The notes under the pieces are model-generated. The model saw only the letters and a list, made by a program, of their open reading frames with translations. It did not search any database and was not told the origin of the DNA. A stretch of 64,000 nucleotides of DNA, taken from NCBI GenBank assembly GCA_024231215.1, contig JAAEQR010000142.1:292593-356592 (forward strand), read 5' to 3'. The DNA is from PVC group bacterium (lineage in GTDB: Bacteria > Omnitrophota > Gorgyraeia > B26-G9). The position numbers were made by a program, and so were the translations under genes. Below are positions 10,114 through 20,062 of the stretch, one piece after another (the first letter of the stretch is position 1; each line of letters begins with the position of its first letter).

Positions 10114-11250
10114 TTATCCTCCTATTGGTAGCCTTACCGTAAACCGAGCTCCTCCTTGAGACACACTTTCTCCTCTTACTTCTCCTTGATAACAATCAAT
10201 TATTTCTTTAACAATCGCTAAACCTAAACCTTGCCCTCTGGACTTTGTCGTAACGAAAGGCTCAAAGATCCTATCTTTAAACCGAGCATCAATCCCCTTG
10301 CCCGTATCCACAAAATCCACACAAAGATGGCCATTGTCCCGATAGCTTTTCACGTTTAGCTTACCTTTTTCATCTATAGCCTCAAATGCGTTTTTTACAA
10401 AATTAACAAAAATCTGCTGTAGACCACAATCCCTTATCAGCGGGAGGTCCCGAGTAAATTCCGTCTCGATATCTATTTGCTTACATATCGCCTGATGCTT
10501 ATAGAATGATATCGATTTGCTTAAAATATCATTTATATTTACCAGATCTCTTGATACTGGATTATGATTTCTATCTCCGGCAAAAGAAAACTCAAGCATA
10601 GAACGCAAAACATTTGCCATTCTCTTTAACCCTGCCTGAATTTCAGACAAATATTCCTTGATTATAGTTCCCTCTCCTGCCTGTTCCTTGCAAAGATTAA
10701 CGTAACGCATAATCCCATCTAACGGATTATTTAATTCTTGAGATATCCCGGCTGTAAACTTACAAACTGCCGTTGAATTCTTAAAACACTGCAGCTGCGC
10801 TTCCAGATGTTCTTTTGCAAATAAACTCTCTATTGTCTGTGCCGCAGAAGCAGCAATCGCACTAACAAAAGACAATTCCTTTATTGAAAACGGGGTTCCA
10901 TCATTCTTTTCTGTAACATTGAGAACCCCAAGCAAGCGATCTTCACGCATCAAAGGGACTGAAAGAAAAGAATGTGTTTGATAGTTTTCCTGACGACACT
11001 GAGTGCTAATCGACTCTTCCTGCCGCACATCTGCTACCAGCAATGGCTGTTTGCTTAAAGCCACCTGCCCGGAGATACCTTGTCCCAAACGCATACGCTC
11101 CCCAAGAATTGACTGTCTATTCTTACCACGCGCCACACGAACCACAATATCCTGCTTATTTTTATCCAAAAGCAGTATAGACCCGACTTCTGAATCTAAT
11201 ATATTCAGGCACTGATTAAGAATGGTCTCTAAAAATTTCTGCATATACAC
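10114..11250 (-). CDS. GAF-domain sensor histidine kinase (cytoplasmic)
   Basis: N-terminal GAF domain, HisKA region with the phospho-acceptor His (FTAGISQELNNPL), HATPase_c with N and G boxes (DTGKGI, GQGLGLAIV). Stop lies 2 nt from the response-regulator start. Confidence 0.85.
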   Translation of the reverse strand: MYMQKFLETILNQCLNILDSEVGSILLLDKNKQDIVVRVARGKNRQSILGERMRLGQGISGQVALSKQPLLVADVRQEESISTQCRQENYQTHSFLSVPLMREDRLLGVLNVTEKNDGTPFSIKELSFVSAIAASAAQTIESLFAKEHLEAQLQCFKNSTAVCKFTAGISQELNNPLDGIMRYVNLCKEQAGEGTIIKEYLSEIQAGLKRMANVLRSMLEFSFAGDRNHNPVSRDLVNINDILSKSISFYKHQAICKQIDIETEFTRDLPLIRDCGLQQIFVNFVKNAFEAIDEKGKLNVKSYRDNGHLCVDFVDTGKGIDARFKDRIFEPFVTTKSRGQGLGLAIVKEIIDCYQGEVRGESVSQGGARFTVRLPIGG

Positions 11251-11252
11251 CT

Positions 11253-12098
11253 TTAGTTTCCTAATTCGACAACTTTCTTCTTCAACATTTCCCCGGCCTT
11301 GTAATCCGGATATTCCTCTAAGATGCGTTTATATATCGACAAGGCCTTCTGCTTATCACTTAATTTATTTTCATATATATTTGCCAAGACCAAAAGCGTA
11401 TCCGAGCTCAGCGCATATTTAGAATCCAAACCTAAGATATAAGCCACTGCATTATCCCAGGCTTCCTGCTCCACATACGTACGCACAATCAGGTTTTCAG
11501 CCATTAAAGCACCCTTTGTATTAGGATACTTATCTGCTATAGCCTGATACTGATCTATCGCCGCCTGATATGCCTGTGCTGCTTCTGAGACTTTCTCATT
11601 TTCCAAATAATAATGGGCAATATACAGCGGCACGGAAAAACTCAATTGAGTCTTTTCGTATTTTGCTGAAATCTCCTTAAATAACTTTAGAGCCCAAGGC
11701 CAATTACCTTCCTTTTCATACGTCTGGCCTTTTTCGAATAAGGCGAGGGCATTTATTTCCTGCCGTCCTTGGTGGGATTCTATTATTATATCATATATAG
11801 CACGAGACTTGTCAAATTCTTTTTCCAGCGCATAGAGTTGGGCAATCTTAAACTGCGAATCCAAAGCATGGTTACTCTCGGGAGCCCGGGCGATTATCTT
11901 TTCATATAAAGCAATTACCGTCTTAAATTCATACGATGAAACAGAACCTTCATTAAGGAAAATCGGCTCTGCCGCTTTATTTGCCTGCCACACCATTCGT
12001 TCTATTTTGTACTGCTCACTGCATCCGGATAGGGTAACAACACTGCCCAGACATAAGATCATTACAATTATTAACTTAAAACTAGGCCTGTTCCTCAA
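11253..12098 (-). CDS. TPR-repeat lipoprotein (PrsT-like by context)
   Basis: Signal peptide with a lipobox (LSGC), followed by several TPR-like helical repeats. Confidence 0.55.
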   Translation of the reverse strand: MRNRPSFKLIIVMILCLGSVVTLSGCSEQYKIERMVWQANKAAEPIFLNEGSVSSYEFKTVIALYEKIIARAPESNHALDSQFKIAQLYALEKEFDKSRAIYDIIIESHQGRQEINALALFEKGQTYEKEGNWPWALKLFKEISAKYEKTQLSFSVPLYIAHYYLENEKVSEAAQAYQAAIDQYQAIADKYPNTKGALMAENLIVRTYVEQEAWDNAVAYILGLDSKYALSSDTLLVLANIYENKLSDKQKALSIYKRILEEYPDYKAGEMLKKKVVELGN

Positions 12099-12970
12099 TT
12101 CCCTTCCCCTCTTATCAGTAAGTATAGCTTTGTTGTAGAAACAGTTATAAAAACATTAACTAAAAAAGACATGCAAATCCCAGCAATCAAAACCAGGAAG
12201 ACAATTTCCGGAACAATGTTCTCCATCAAGGGGAAAAGCCTTGTTTTCAACAAAGCAACCGGCAAATATAATAATAAGGGCACAAGAACCAAAATAATCA
12301 CTGCTAAAAAATTTTTAAAAATATATCCTACATTACGAAACAATGCAACAATGAAGTTCTTCCCCTCTATAATAATTACAGGATGGGCAAAGATAAATAG
12401 GCTTTGCAGAAATCCCATGGTAATAATATTAATCGCCGTAAATATCAACATCCAGCCTTCCCTGCGTATATTCAGGAAGACCCGTCCCTTCATCATGATT
12501 TTAAGAAGCACTTTAGATTCAACCCAAAATGCGCCTTTAATTAAAAAAAACACTATTAAGGTAATCAAAAACAAGTGAATATATGAGACTAAAGATCGTT
12601 TTAGTGCCGCCTTCAAAGAAATCACCTTTGAACTGATTTTCTGCTGCACAAGATTAATCGTAACTCCGGCTATAAAAGTCCCCAGAATAATTGACAAAAC
12701 AACCTGAATATGAGAAAACCCCTTTGCCAGCAAAAGCAAATTATATGGATAATGAAAAAATTGTCTTCCGGCAAAACGCATGATTATTGGAGTAAAATAT
12801 TTCACCAACGGCGGCTGGATAGCAAAAAAAAGTATTATAATTGCACTTAGTTCTAAAAAGGCAAGCACCGCATACGGTAACATTATGCGATAATCACTTT
12901 TGATAATCGTCATAGCACTTAACCACGACTCGCGTATCAAACTCCATTGTGATTTTTTAATTTTGTCCAT
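12095..12970 (-). CDS. polytopic integral membrane protein of unknown function
   Basis: 291 aa with 6-8 predicted TM helices. First gene of the regulatory operon; overlaps the TPR gene by 4 nt. Confidence 0.5.
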   Translation of the reverse strand: MDKIKKSQWSLIRESWLSAMTIIKSDYRIMLPYAVLAFLELSAIIILFFAIQPPLVKYFTPIIMRFAGRQFFHYPYNLLLLAKGFSHIQVVLSIILGTFIAGVTINLVQQKISSKVISLKAALKRSLVSYIHLFLITLIVFFLIKGAFWVESKVLLKIMMKGRVFLNIRREGWMLIFTAINIITMGFLQSLFIFAHPVIIIEGKNFIVALFRNVGYIFKNFLAVIILVLVPLLLYLPVALLKTRLFPLMENIVPEIVFLVLIAGICMSFLVNVFITVSTTKLYLLIRGEGN

Positions 12971-13086
12971 AATTTTCTACAATCTTTTTTGTTATAACGG
13001 TGTGTATGAAGAATATTGTCAATCGATGAGCCCCCAGATTGGTAGTTACAATTCACGACTTACCCCCTAAGCCGCCTTAGATAATA

Positions 13087-13129
13087 GAAAACACCCAGAG
13101 AGAAAACTTCACATCCCTGAGTGTTTTCT
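13087..13129 (-). terminator. possible stem-loop downstream of the PEP-CTERM gene pair
   Basis: 12-bp inverted repeat gaaaacacccag / ctgagtgttttc with one mismatch. No strong U-tract. Confidence 0.3.
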
Positions 13130-13154
13130 GTTTATATCTAAGAATGAATACAAT

Positions 13155-13748
13155 TTAAGATTTTTTTCTTCTGTATCCAACTAATCCTAACAAAGCAGGC
13201 CCAAGCAATAACATAGTTGCAGGTTCCGGTACCGGTGTTGTAGCTGTAAGCTTCACTCCACGATTGTAATAATGACAATCAGGATCAAAACCTAAGCCAA
13301 CTATTCCATTTGAACCAAACTGCTGCAATGTATCAATCTGATCTGCTGTAAATGTATAGCTCCAATTGATGTAATAAGGATCGTTATCAACATATGTAGT
13401 AAGCAAATTTGTGCTTCCATTGTCTGCGAACTGATCTCCAGCAGTTGTATCCTGACCTACGAATACGCTCGGCACAATCCCTCCTGGAACTTTATCTAAC
13501 AGATGAATTGCCAACTGGTTGTCTGGATCTTCCCAGCCAGAATCATGAATCCCTCGGATAGATAATACCACGCTTTCTAAATTCCCAGGAACTTCGCTCC
13601 AATCCATACCCCATATATAATGATTCTCGTGTATCAGATCATGAAGATCTTTTGGATCCGGTTCAAAGATATATACAGCAGCATGAGCTGATGAAACAGC
13701 AGTTAATAGCATAGAACAAAAAATTACTACTCCAAGTATTTTTTTCAA
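13155..13748 (-). CDS. PEP-CTERM domain protein (exosortase substrate)
   Basis: N-terminal signal peptide. C-terminus VPEPATMLLLGPALLGLVGYRRKKS is the canonical PEP motif + TM helix + basic tail. Confidence 0.85.
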   Translation of the reverse strand: MKKILGVVIFCSMLLTAVSSAHAAVYIFEPDPKDLHDLIHENHYIWGMDWSEVPGNLESVVLSIRGIHDSGWEDPDNQLAIHLLDKVPGGIVPSVFVGQDTTAGDQFADNGSTNLLTTYVDNDPYYINWSYTFTADQIDTLQQFGSNGIVGLGFDPDCHYYNRGVKLTATTPVPEPATMLLLGPALLGLVGYRRKKS

Positions 13749-13792
13749 TTTTCCACCTCCTCTCCTCTATTGTAAATTTTTATTTTTTTATA

Positions 13793-14608
13793 TTATTTTC
13801 TTTTCCTATATCCGGCCAATCCTAATAAAGCCGGTCCAAGCAAAAGCATAGTTGCTGGTTCTGGTACTGCCGCTGGATCAACATCAGCGTTGAGATTAAG
13901 ATAATCATTTCCACACTGCATTGCCCAATGAATATTTACCTCTGTATTTTCTTTAGGATCAATCCCTAAAGATGCCAATGGAATACATGCCTCTAATACA
14001 CGATGTGAATACTGATTCCCGCTGTAAACAAAATCAATTCTACCTTTATTGTCTCCGGTCTTTGCCCTTATTGCCCACGGATCAGCTTCAGAATGCTGCG
14101 AATACGCTGAGTCGTTCCATAAAGCATCATGATACAATCTTGCTGTACTGTTTTTTCTCTTATATGAACTTACATCCACCGCATATTCATAATCATCCAG
14201 CGCCCCAATGCTAATACCAATATCTCCCGGTAAAAACCAAGGATTGCCTGGAGCCGTAGCACCTTTAAACGGTAACCCGGTTACAATCGCGATATACGCA
14301 TTATCCTGGTCATTATCAAAGTACATTGCTTCTACATCAAATGCATTGCCTGAATATCCTGGTCCACCATAAGTATATCCAGGACCAACCTTAAACCAAC
14401 CTTGGGTTTTCTTAGATGCATTATCTTCGGTTACACAATCAACATTTGGACTCGAAGTAGGAACATTAATGTCTAAATATCCTTGTTGACGAGCTCCCTG
14501 CCCCCAGGTTATTCCCCAATCTGAAAGATCACCATCAACCACATACGCTGCATTTGCAGAAGGGATTACCAAAAACACGCTCAATAATACAATACCAAAC
14601 CACTTCAC
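13793..14608 (-). CDS. PEP-CTERM domain protein (exosortase substrate)
   Basis: Signal peptide. C-terminus VPEPATMLLLGPALLGLAGYRKRK. Confidence 0.85.
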   Translation of the reverse strand: MKWFGIVLLSVFLVIPSANAAYVVDGDLSDWGITWGQGARQQGYLDINVPTSSPNVDCVTEDNASKKTQGWFKVGPGYTYGGPGYSGNAFDVEAMYFDNDQDNAYIAIVTGLPFKGATAPGNPWFLPGDIGISIGALDDYEYAVDVSSYKRKNSTARLYHDALWNDSAYSQHSEADPWAIRAKTGDNKGRIDFVYSGNQYSHRVLEACIPLASLGIDPKENTEVNIHWAMQCGNDYLNLNADVDPAAVPEPATMLLLGPALLGLAGYRKRK

Positions 14609-14644
14609 CGTACACCTCTCTTTCGCGTCGAAAACAAGCTTAGA

Positions 14645-15436
14645 CTAAATCGTCTTACCCTTCAAAACTACAATTGCTGTCTTTAAAAGTATATCCAATT
14701 CTACAAAAAAACACATTTTGCGGATATACAACAAATCCAGCTTTACTTTCTTCTTTACATCAGCTAAAGTCTTATCTGCACGATGATGAACTTGCGCTAA
14801 CCCGGTAATACCCGGCTTCACCTGCAGTCTTTTATCATACTGAGTAACCTTCGAATTAAGATCACTAATTATTTCCGGACGCTCCGGTCGGGGTCCCACA
14901 ACACTCATATCGCCTTGTAACACATTGAAAAACTGCGGTACTTCATCTATATGACTAATACGCAGGAAATGTCCGATAAACGGGATTACCCGAGGATCTC
15001 TGCCGTCATTGGTCGCCCACACTGCACCAGTACCTACTTCGGCGTCTGGACGCATACTGCGCAACTTATAGATTTTAAATATTTTACCGCCTTTGCCAAC
15101 TCTTACTTGAGAATAGAAAATTGGACCATTCGGAGAAAGAATCTTAATCAACGCTCCAAATATAAGGATTAACGGCATTGTCAGCATAACCCCAATACTC
15201 GCCACCGCAATATCAAAACTACGCTTCAGATAAACAAATTTACGTTGTGCATAACGAATAATCGCACTACCAATTCCAAAAAAGAAAGCTATTGCCCCAT
15301 AAGGCGTTAAAGCAACAACTTCTTCCATAGACATAGCCATTACTGCTGGAATTGCCAAAAAGCAAAATGCGATTAAGCTGATAAACAAAATTTTAATATG
15401 AACTTTTGCGACTCTATTCAACATGATGATTTTCAT
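14645..15436 (-). CDS. polyprenyl-phosphate sugar phosphotransferase (bacterial sugar transferase family, EpsB/WbaP C-terminal-domain type)
   Basis: Conserved C-terminal catalytic motifs of the Bac_transf family (YKLRSM, DEVPQFFNVLQGDMSVVGPRPERP, PGITGLAQV). Confidence 0.85.
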   Translation of the reverse strand: MKIIMLNRVAKVHIKILFISLIAFCFLAIPAVMAMSMEEVVALTPYGAIAFFFGIGSAIIRYAQRKFVYLKRSFDIAVASIGVMLTMPLILIFGALIKILSPNGPIFYSQVRVGKGGKIFKIYKLRSMRPDAEVGTGAVWATNDGRDPRVIPFIGHFLRISHIDEVPQFFNVLQGDMSVVGPRPERPEIISDLNSKVTQYDKRLQVKPGITGLAQVHHRADKTLADVKKKVKLDLLYIRKMCFFVELDILLKTAIVVLKGKTI

Positions 15437-15850
15437 TACCCTTCTACTGTTTCTTACTTTCTAAACAAATTTAGTTAGTATTAGTTAAGACTTCAAATCT
15501 ATAGCATTTATTATGCCAAGCAATCAATTTTTCTTTAAAAACAATTTCTTTTCTTTTATCTCTTTATAACTCTTTATTTTTTAGATGGTTAGGATACTGT
15601 TATTTATATCTTTTTTGATCTTCCCGCCGCTTTAACCTACCCCGTTCTTTTCCCTATTGCTTTTCTGTTGAAAAAAATCAACAGTTGTTGTTTTGTTTAT
15701 GCAACGTTGTACTTTCCTTTAACCGTGTAATAAGTTTCTGCAAATTTTAACAAGTGTACCATGAAAACCACATTTTGCAAGTGTTTTTTTAACTTTTTTT
15801 CAAAAAAACAAAATATCAGATTTCAAGCCATACTCAGGGGGAAATTTTAG

Positions 15851-15898
15851 ACAAATAAAAACCCTTTAAAGAACAGCATTTTCTGCTCTTAAAGGGCC
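15851..15898 (-). terminator. intrinsic terminator after the exosortase-epsI pair
   Basis: Hairpin ccctttaa...ttaaaggg followed on the minus strand by UUUUUAUUUGU. Confidence 0.45.
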
Positions 15899-15984
15899 TC
15901 ATTGCCTCCTGAAAACATCATTGTTTAAGAAATTTATAATATCATATCGCGCTATTTTGTCAAGGGATATTTGTAAATTTTTTA

Positions 15985-16635
15985 TTACCCGAGGAGTCTT
16001 AAAAGGGACGGCATGCAGGTGTTAATAAAAGTTTTTAATCTTTGGAGAGCTTCTTGTTCATTATTATTGACGATTGCCGTGGAAATCCGAATCTGGCCTC
16101 CGCTAAGCGGAGATCTCTTTAAATAGGCTGTGATCAGCTTAAGACGCTGTTTAACATAACTGTCTGCAAATTCATCTCCGGCAATAAACCAATACAAATA
16201 AACCTGTTTATCTTTGTCTTTTTCAACCACAAGCTTATTTGCGGCCAGATCAAAGCTCTGTTGTTCTATATCAATCGAAATAATTTCTTTTGCTTTATGC
16301 GTAATTGTTCTTCCCTCACCTCGCAAACAATTCTCCGGAGGATCAGATGTCTTATGTGTACGTGCAGAAAAAATCAAATAGAATAATATCGGCGGCTCGT
16401 CTTCTTTCATATAATACCGCATGATTATATTTTTTGTCTCTAGAGCCGCATATATACTTTCCTTAAGCTGTACATCCTCAGATTTATAAACACCTATTTC
16501 CTGAGGCAAGTTAAAAACACTGCTATCCGGCGGTAATTCTGTCTCTGTTAATTTGACCCAAAGCGTAGCCGCTGCACCACAAAGCAATAGTATTACCAGA
16601 ACTAAAAACCGTTTATCCTTCATTTTTATCCTCAA
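15985..16635 (-). CDS. EpsI-family protein (exosortase-associated)
   Basis: About 200 aa with an N-terminal TM anchor. Overlaps the exosortase gene, the usual EpsH-EpsI arrangement. Confidence 0.5.
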   Translation of the reverse strand: MRIKMKDKRFLVLVILLLCGAAATLWVKLTETELPPDSSVFNLPQEIGVYKSEDVQLKESIYAALETKNIIMRYYMKEDEPPILFYLIFSARTHKTSDPPENCLRGEGRTITHKAKEIISIDIEQQSFDLAANKLVVEKDKDKQVYLYWFIAGDEFADSYVKQRLKLITAYLKRSPLSGGQIRISTAIVNNNEQEALQRLKTFINTCMPSLLRLLG

Positions 16636-17461
16636 GAAGCGATTTTTGCGTGGTTAATAAACCATTCATCGCCAGCATACCCAATGCCGCTACAGCAAAC
16701 AGAAGAAATCCAGAAAAATCATGCACCCATCCCTGCGCTGCTTTCATGCCATACACGTCACTTACCCAGCCTAGCAAAACTATTCGCATGACATTAGCCG
16801 CAATAGCAATCGGCAAAGCAGATAAAAACAGCAGCCATTTTTTCCATAAACTATTATTTGTTAAATAGGCAAATGCCGCACCAAAAGCCATTAGAGCAAT
16901 CAACGACCTTAATCCACTACAAGGAGCTTCCACCTCTAAATAGGAATTAGCCATATTGATTATACTCCCGTCCCGAACTGCCTCTAGACCTATCTTATTT
17001 AAAGCACTAGTCGCTAATTCTGCAGCAAATAATTTCATTTTTAAAACAATATTTGAAACCAAAACCATGGGCAAGGGAATCATAAACAAGAGATAAACAA
17101 TCGGAAAAAGCACTTCTTTTAAAGCACTCAATCCAACCATAAGCATAACAACCCCCATAATAAGAATAATCATAGAACAGGCAGAAATAAAGTAAAGATT
17201 TATAAATGTTCCGCCAAGATGGAAAACCAACGCTAGCACAATAAGTACAATACCTATATAAGAAGGATTTGTTTTTATTTCAGATAATGTGCTGCGTTTA
17301 CTCCAGATAAAAAATAAGCAGGCAATAATAATAAGAGGGCCATGACTATAGTATGTATCTTCGCTGTTCCATCTTCCCCACATCCAGTTAAACGCAGGAT
17401 AATAAATAGCCCCTAGTAAGGCTGTTATCAATAAAGTCTTGATCCAGGTAATGGTTTTCAT
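16613..17461 (-). CDS. exosortase (EpsH/XrtA family)
   Basis: 8-TM protein with the conserved YSHG motif near the N-terminus, a Cys in EAPCSGLRSL and a conserved Arg region, the exosortase catalytic signatures. Confidence 0.8.
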   Translation of the reverse strand: MKTITWIKTLLITALLGAIYYPAFNWMWGRWNSEDTYYSHGPLIIIACLFFIWSKRSTLSEIKTNPSYIGIVLIVLALVFHLGGTFINLYFISACSMIILIMGVVMLMVGLSALKEVLFPIVYLLFMIPLPMVLVSNIVLKMKLFAAELATSALNKIGLEAVRDGSIINMANSYLEVEAPCSGLRSLIALMAFGAAFAYLTNNSLWKKWLLFLSALPIAIAANVMRIVLLGWVSDVYGMKAAQGWVHDFSGFLLFAVAALGMLAMNGLLTTQKSLLEDKNEG

Positions 17462-17487
17462 GACATTAGATAGAGTAACATAGATAT

Positions 17488-17527
17488 AGATATAAGTAAA
17501 GGCTTCGCCACCTTTTGTGGCGAAGCC
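17488..17527 (-). terminator. intrinsic terminator downstream of surface-protein gene 1
   Basis: Perfect 11-bp GC-rich stem ggcttcgccac / gtggcgaagcc (17501-17527) followed on the minus strand by UUUACUUAUAU. Confidence 0.6.
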
Positions 17528-17572
17528 AACATGTGTTATAGCTAAAAAAACCCCTACTTTCCCCGTCCTATA

Positions 17573-20062
17573 TTACCGGCATAAAATCCGGCTTAAAGTA
17601 ATCAAAGGTTTCAAGCTAATTCTGATAATTTTACGTACTGCTGGTTTCTGTGCAATGCGATCGGCGATCGGAGGACTGTATGTATAATACAGTTTCACGA
17701 ATTTTCTGCCTAATGGATTAGTCAATAAGTAATCATCTCTAAACTCGCACAGAACTCGTACTTCTTTAGCCATCTTTGTTCCAAACGCTGCTGTAGCAAT
17801 AAAACATCCACCGCCGCCACCGCCGCCGCCAGAAGAACCACTTGCTGCTGCAGGAGGAGTGCTATCGCTATCGCCATCACTATCATCGCTATCTCCATCA
17901 TCTCCGGTATCAGTACTACCATCTGTTGAGTTAACGCCACCTATCGCATACATAGAAAAGTGAGTTGTAGGAACAGATACTTTTTTAGCCGCAACATCTA
18001 CAGTTGCACCGGGAACTTTTTCCCAAGCTGAAGTCGTAAGATTGTAATAATAGATGTTCAACGAAGACTCTTCCTCAATTCCGGCACTACTTAATTGAGC
18101 ACTAGTATAAGGAATAGTTATCGTTGCCGGAATATCAAACTCTGTTCCTCCCGGCCCGAAATCAACCACATTACCAACAATAAGAGTACTGCCTGTAGCT
18201 TCAGGAGCTGCTACTACTTGCGCTACCGTAATTGTAGTTGGCGCATCTATGGCTTGAGCACCTATGGCTACGCTTGTTCCAACAATGTTTCCTGTCTCAA
18301 CTAGTACGCTACCGCCAATCTCGTTATCTACTTTTTCCGCTTTAATTTCATCAGTAGTTAAAAACGTATTCCGGCAAAATTCAATTTCTTGTCTTCCTGA
18401 AGAGGTATCTGACCATGATACATAGTAATGACATCCTTGCGTATTTATCGCCAGAGAAGGATTATACTGCGTAGCCGTAGTATCAAACTGAGAGTATTCC
18501 TGGAATATATAATCCTGATAAGATGCTCCAGCTAATCCCACGCTGTAATTACCAGAACTATATTGCTGCCAAACAACTAAAGCATTTCCTTTAGTATCTA
18601 TGGCTAAATCATATGCCCCCAGAGAATCCGTACTTAAAATCGTTGCCGTACTATCCAGATTGTATAAGCTCTGTGCCTGGCTATACAGGTAACTAGCAAA
18701 CATCAAATCTCCAGCTTCTTTCCAAACCAGATATACATTATTTCCGTCAGAACTTACATCTAAAGCCGGCCCTTTATCTCCGGCTGTTGCAGCATTTGCT
18801 TCTACATCCGTCCCAAAACTTTCTCCGCAGTCAATTATATTCTTACTTGCACTATCAAAATAAATGCTATATGTACTATCATTGTTAACGCCATTCCAAG
18901 CTATAAATATCTTACTATTAGCATCCACCTCTATAGCCGGAGCAGCAGCTTTCTGCGGCCAGCGATCTTCATCTACTCGTAACGCTGTTCCTACAAATAC
19001 CTGCCATGCATCGGTATAATCTGCTGTTGTTCTAGTGTAATTTAAACTCGCATTACCACCATTCTCATCCACCCAACAAACATAAACAGTTGCCGGCTCT
19101 ACAGTCTGATCATCACCATCACCGGTAAGTGCCGCACCAACTGTCATTGCCGGAAATACCTGATTGCTTGTTCCTGCATCATTATATATCAGATGATTTA
19201 CTCCAAAAGCAGAACCAACAGCTTCTTTCCTAGATACATATATATCCCAGTCTCCTAAAACACTCATTTGCTGCCAAGCTACATAGATATTATTCTGGCT
19301 ATCTACTGCAATCGAAGGATACCGATCTTCTATTCCAACCGCAGAACTGTTAACTTTTATTGAAGATTGAAAACTAACTCCAAAATCAACTGACTGAGAA
19401 AAGTATATGTCCCATTCACCTTCAGTAGAACGTTCTTCCCATACCATATATACATTCTTACCATCATCAGAAGTAACTATGTGTGCTTTATCTTTCAAAG
19501 GTTCTACCGCAAATGATTCCATCATACCGCTTATAGAAACTTTTTTCTCTTTTCCGTAGATAAAATTTTGCGTTCTAAAATCGTATGTGTAAGCATTCAT
19601 CTGATTGCCCTCTAAATCTAATGCATCAACTTGAATCTCCACATTCTGCTTATAGATAAAATAATCGGCAGGATCATACATTATTACATACTCATTATTA
19701 GAGTTAACAATGATCTCTACATCATAATCTACGATCGATCCCTGCGAATCCGTATAACTCTGAACAACTCCATCTTCAATTATACTGACTCCCTCTACGG
19801 CAAGATCAATACTACTGCTATCAACCCCAATAATATCATCTTTTATACAAAGCTGAATGTTAGAATGAACCGGGATGTTGTTATTATTGTCTTGTGGAAA
19901 ACATCCATCAACATAAGGAGCATCATTATCAGCCCGCGTAGTGAAAGAATAAGTATCCGCTGTCATCTGATTAGCACAATAAGCATTAGCTGCGATCAAG
20001 AGCACCATCAAGCAGCTTATTGCCATTGTTATGATTTTTTTATTTTGTTTTGCATGTGTCAT
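17573..20062 (-). CDS. secreted surface protein 1: signal peptide, ANQMTAD N-terminal module, BNR/Asp-box-like beta-propeller repeats, Gly/Ser/Asp linker, conserved 'CFIATAAFG' C-terminal domain
   Basis: Signal peptide. Repeated Y[VL]VW.E...DIY.S.S.D.G.SF-type units. Acidic poly-G/S/D linker, then [12 protein letters not shown] and an ~80-aa tail shared with gene 25575-29087. Likely start is the ATG at 20060-20062, preceded by GAGGTGG. Confidence 0.7.
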   Translation of the reverse strand: MTHAKQNKKIITMAISCLMVLLIAANAYCANQMTADTYSFTTRADNDAPYVDGCFPQDNNNNIPVHSNIQLCIKDDIIGVDSSSIDLAVEGVSIIEDGVVQSYTDSQGSIVDYDVEIIVNSNNEYVIMYDPADYFIYKQNVEIQVDALDLEGNQMNAYTYDFRTQNFIYGKEKKVSISGMMESFAVEPLKDKAHIVTSDDGKNVYMVWEERSTEGEWDIYFSQSVDFGVSFQSSIKVNSSAVGIEDRYPSIAVDSQNNIYVAWQQMSVLGDWDIYVSRKEAVGSAFGVNHLIYNDAGTSNQVFPAMTVGAALTGDGDDQTVEPATVYVCWVDENGGNASLNYTRTTADYTDAWQVFVGTALRVDEDRWPQKAAAPAIEVDANSKIFIAWNGVNNDSTYSIYFDSASKNIIDCGESFGTDVEANAATAGDKGPALDVSSDGNNVYLVWKEAGDLMFASYLYSQAQSLYNLDSTATILSTDSLGAYDLAIDTKGNALVVWQQYSSGNYSVGLAGASYQDYIFQEYSQFDTTATQYNPSLAINTQGCHYYVSWSDTSSGRQEIEFCRNTFLTTDEIKAEKVDNEIGGSVLVETGNIVGTSVAIGAQAIDAPTTITVAQVVAAPEATGSTLIVGNVVDFGPGGTEFDIPATITIPYTSAQLSSAGIEEESSLNIYYYNLTTSAWEKVPGATVDVAAKKVSVPTTHFSMYAIGGVNSTDGSTDTGDDGDSDDSDGDSDSTPPAAASGSSGGGGGGGGCFIATAAFGTKMAKEVRVLCEFRDDYLLTNPLGRKFVKLYYTYSPPIADRIAQKPAVRKIIRISLKPLITLSRILCR

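Noticed and set aside
10114-11250. Calling the histidine kinase a bona fide PrsK
   Set aside because: PrsK-type kinases are large, multi-TM proteins. This one is a 378-aa soluble GAF kinase, so only a functional analogy by context is claimed.
17722-17940. 72-aa ORF within surface-protein gene 1 (and the many other 60-110-aa ORFs overlapping large genes, e.g. 2146-2364, 3591-3875, 4921-5188, 24152-24373, 26657-26857, 30471-30891, 59192-59440)
   Set aside because: These lie entirely inside longer, well-supported CDSs, or in their low-complexity G/A-rich segments, and have no motifs of their own. They are treated as spurious frames.
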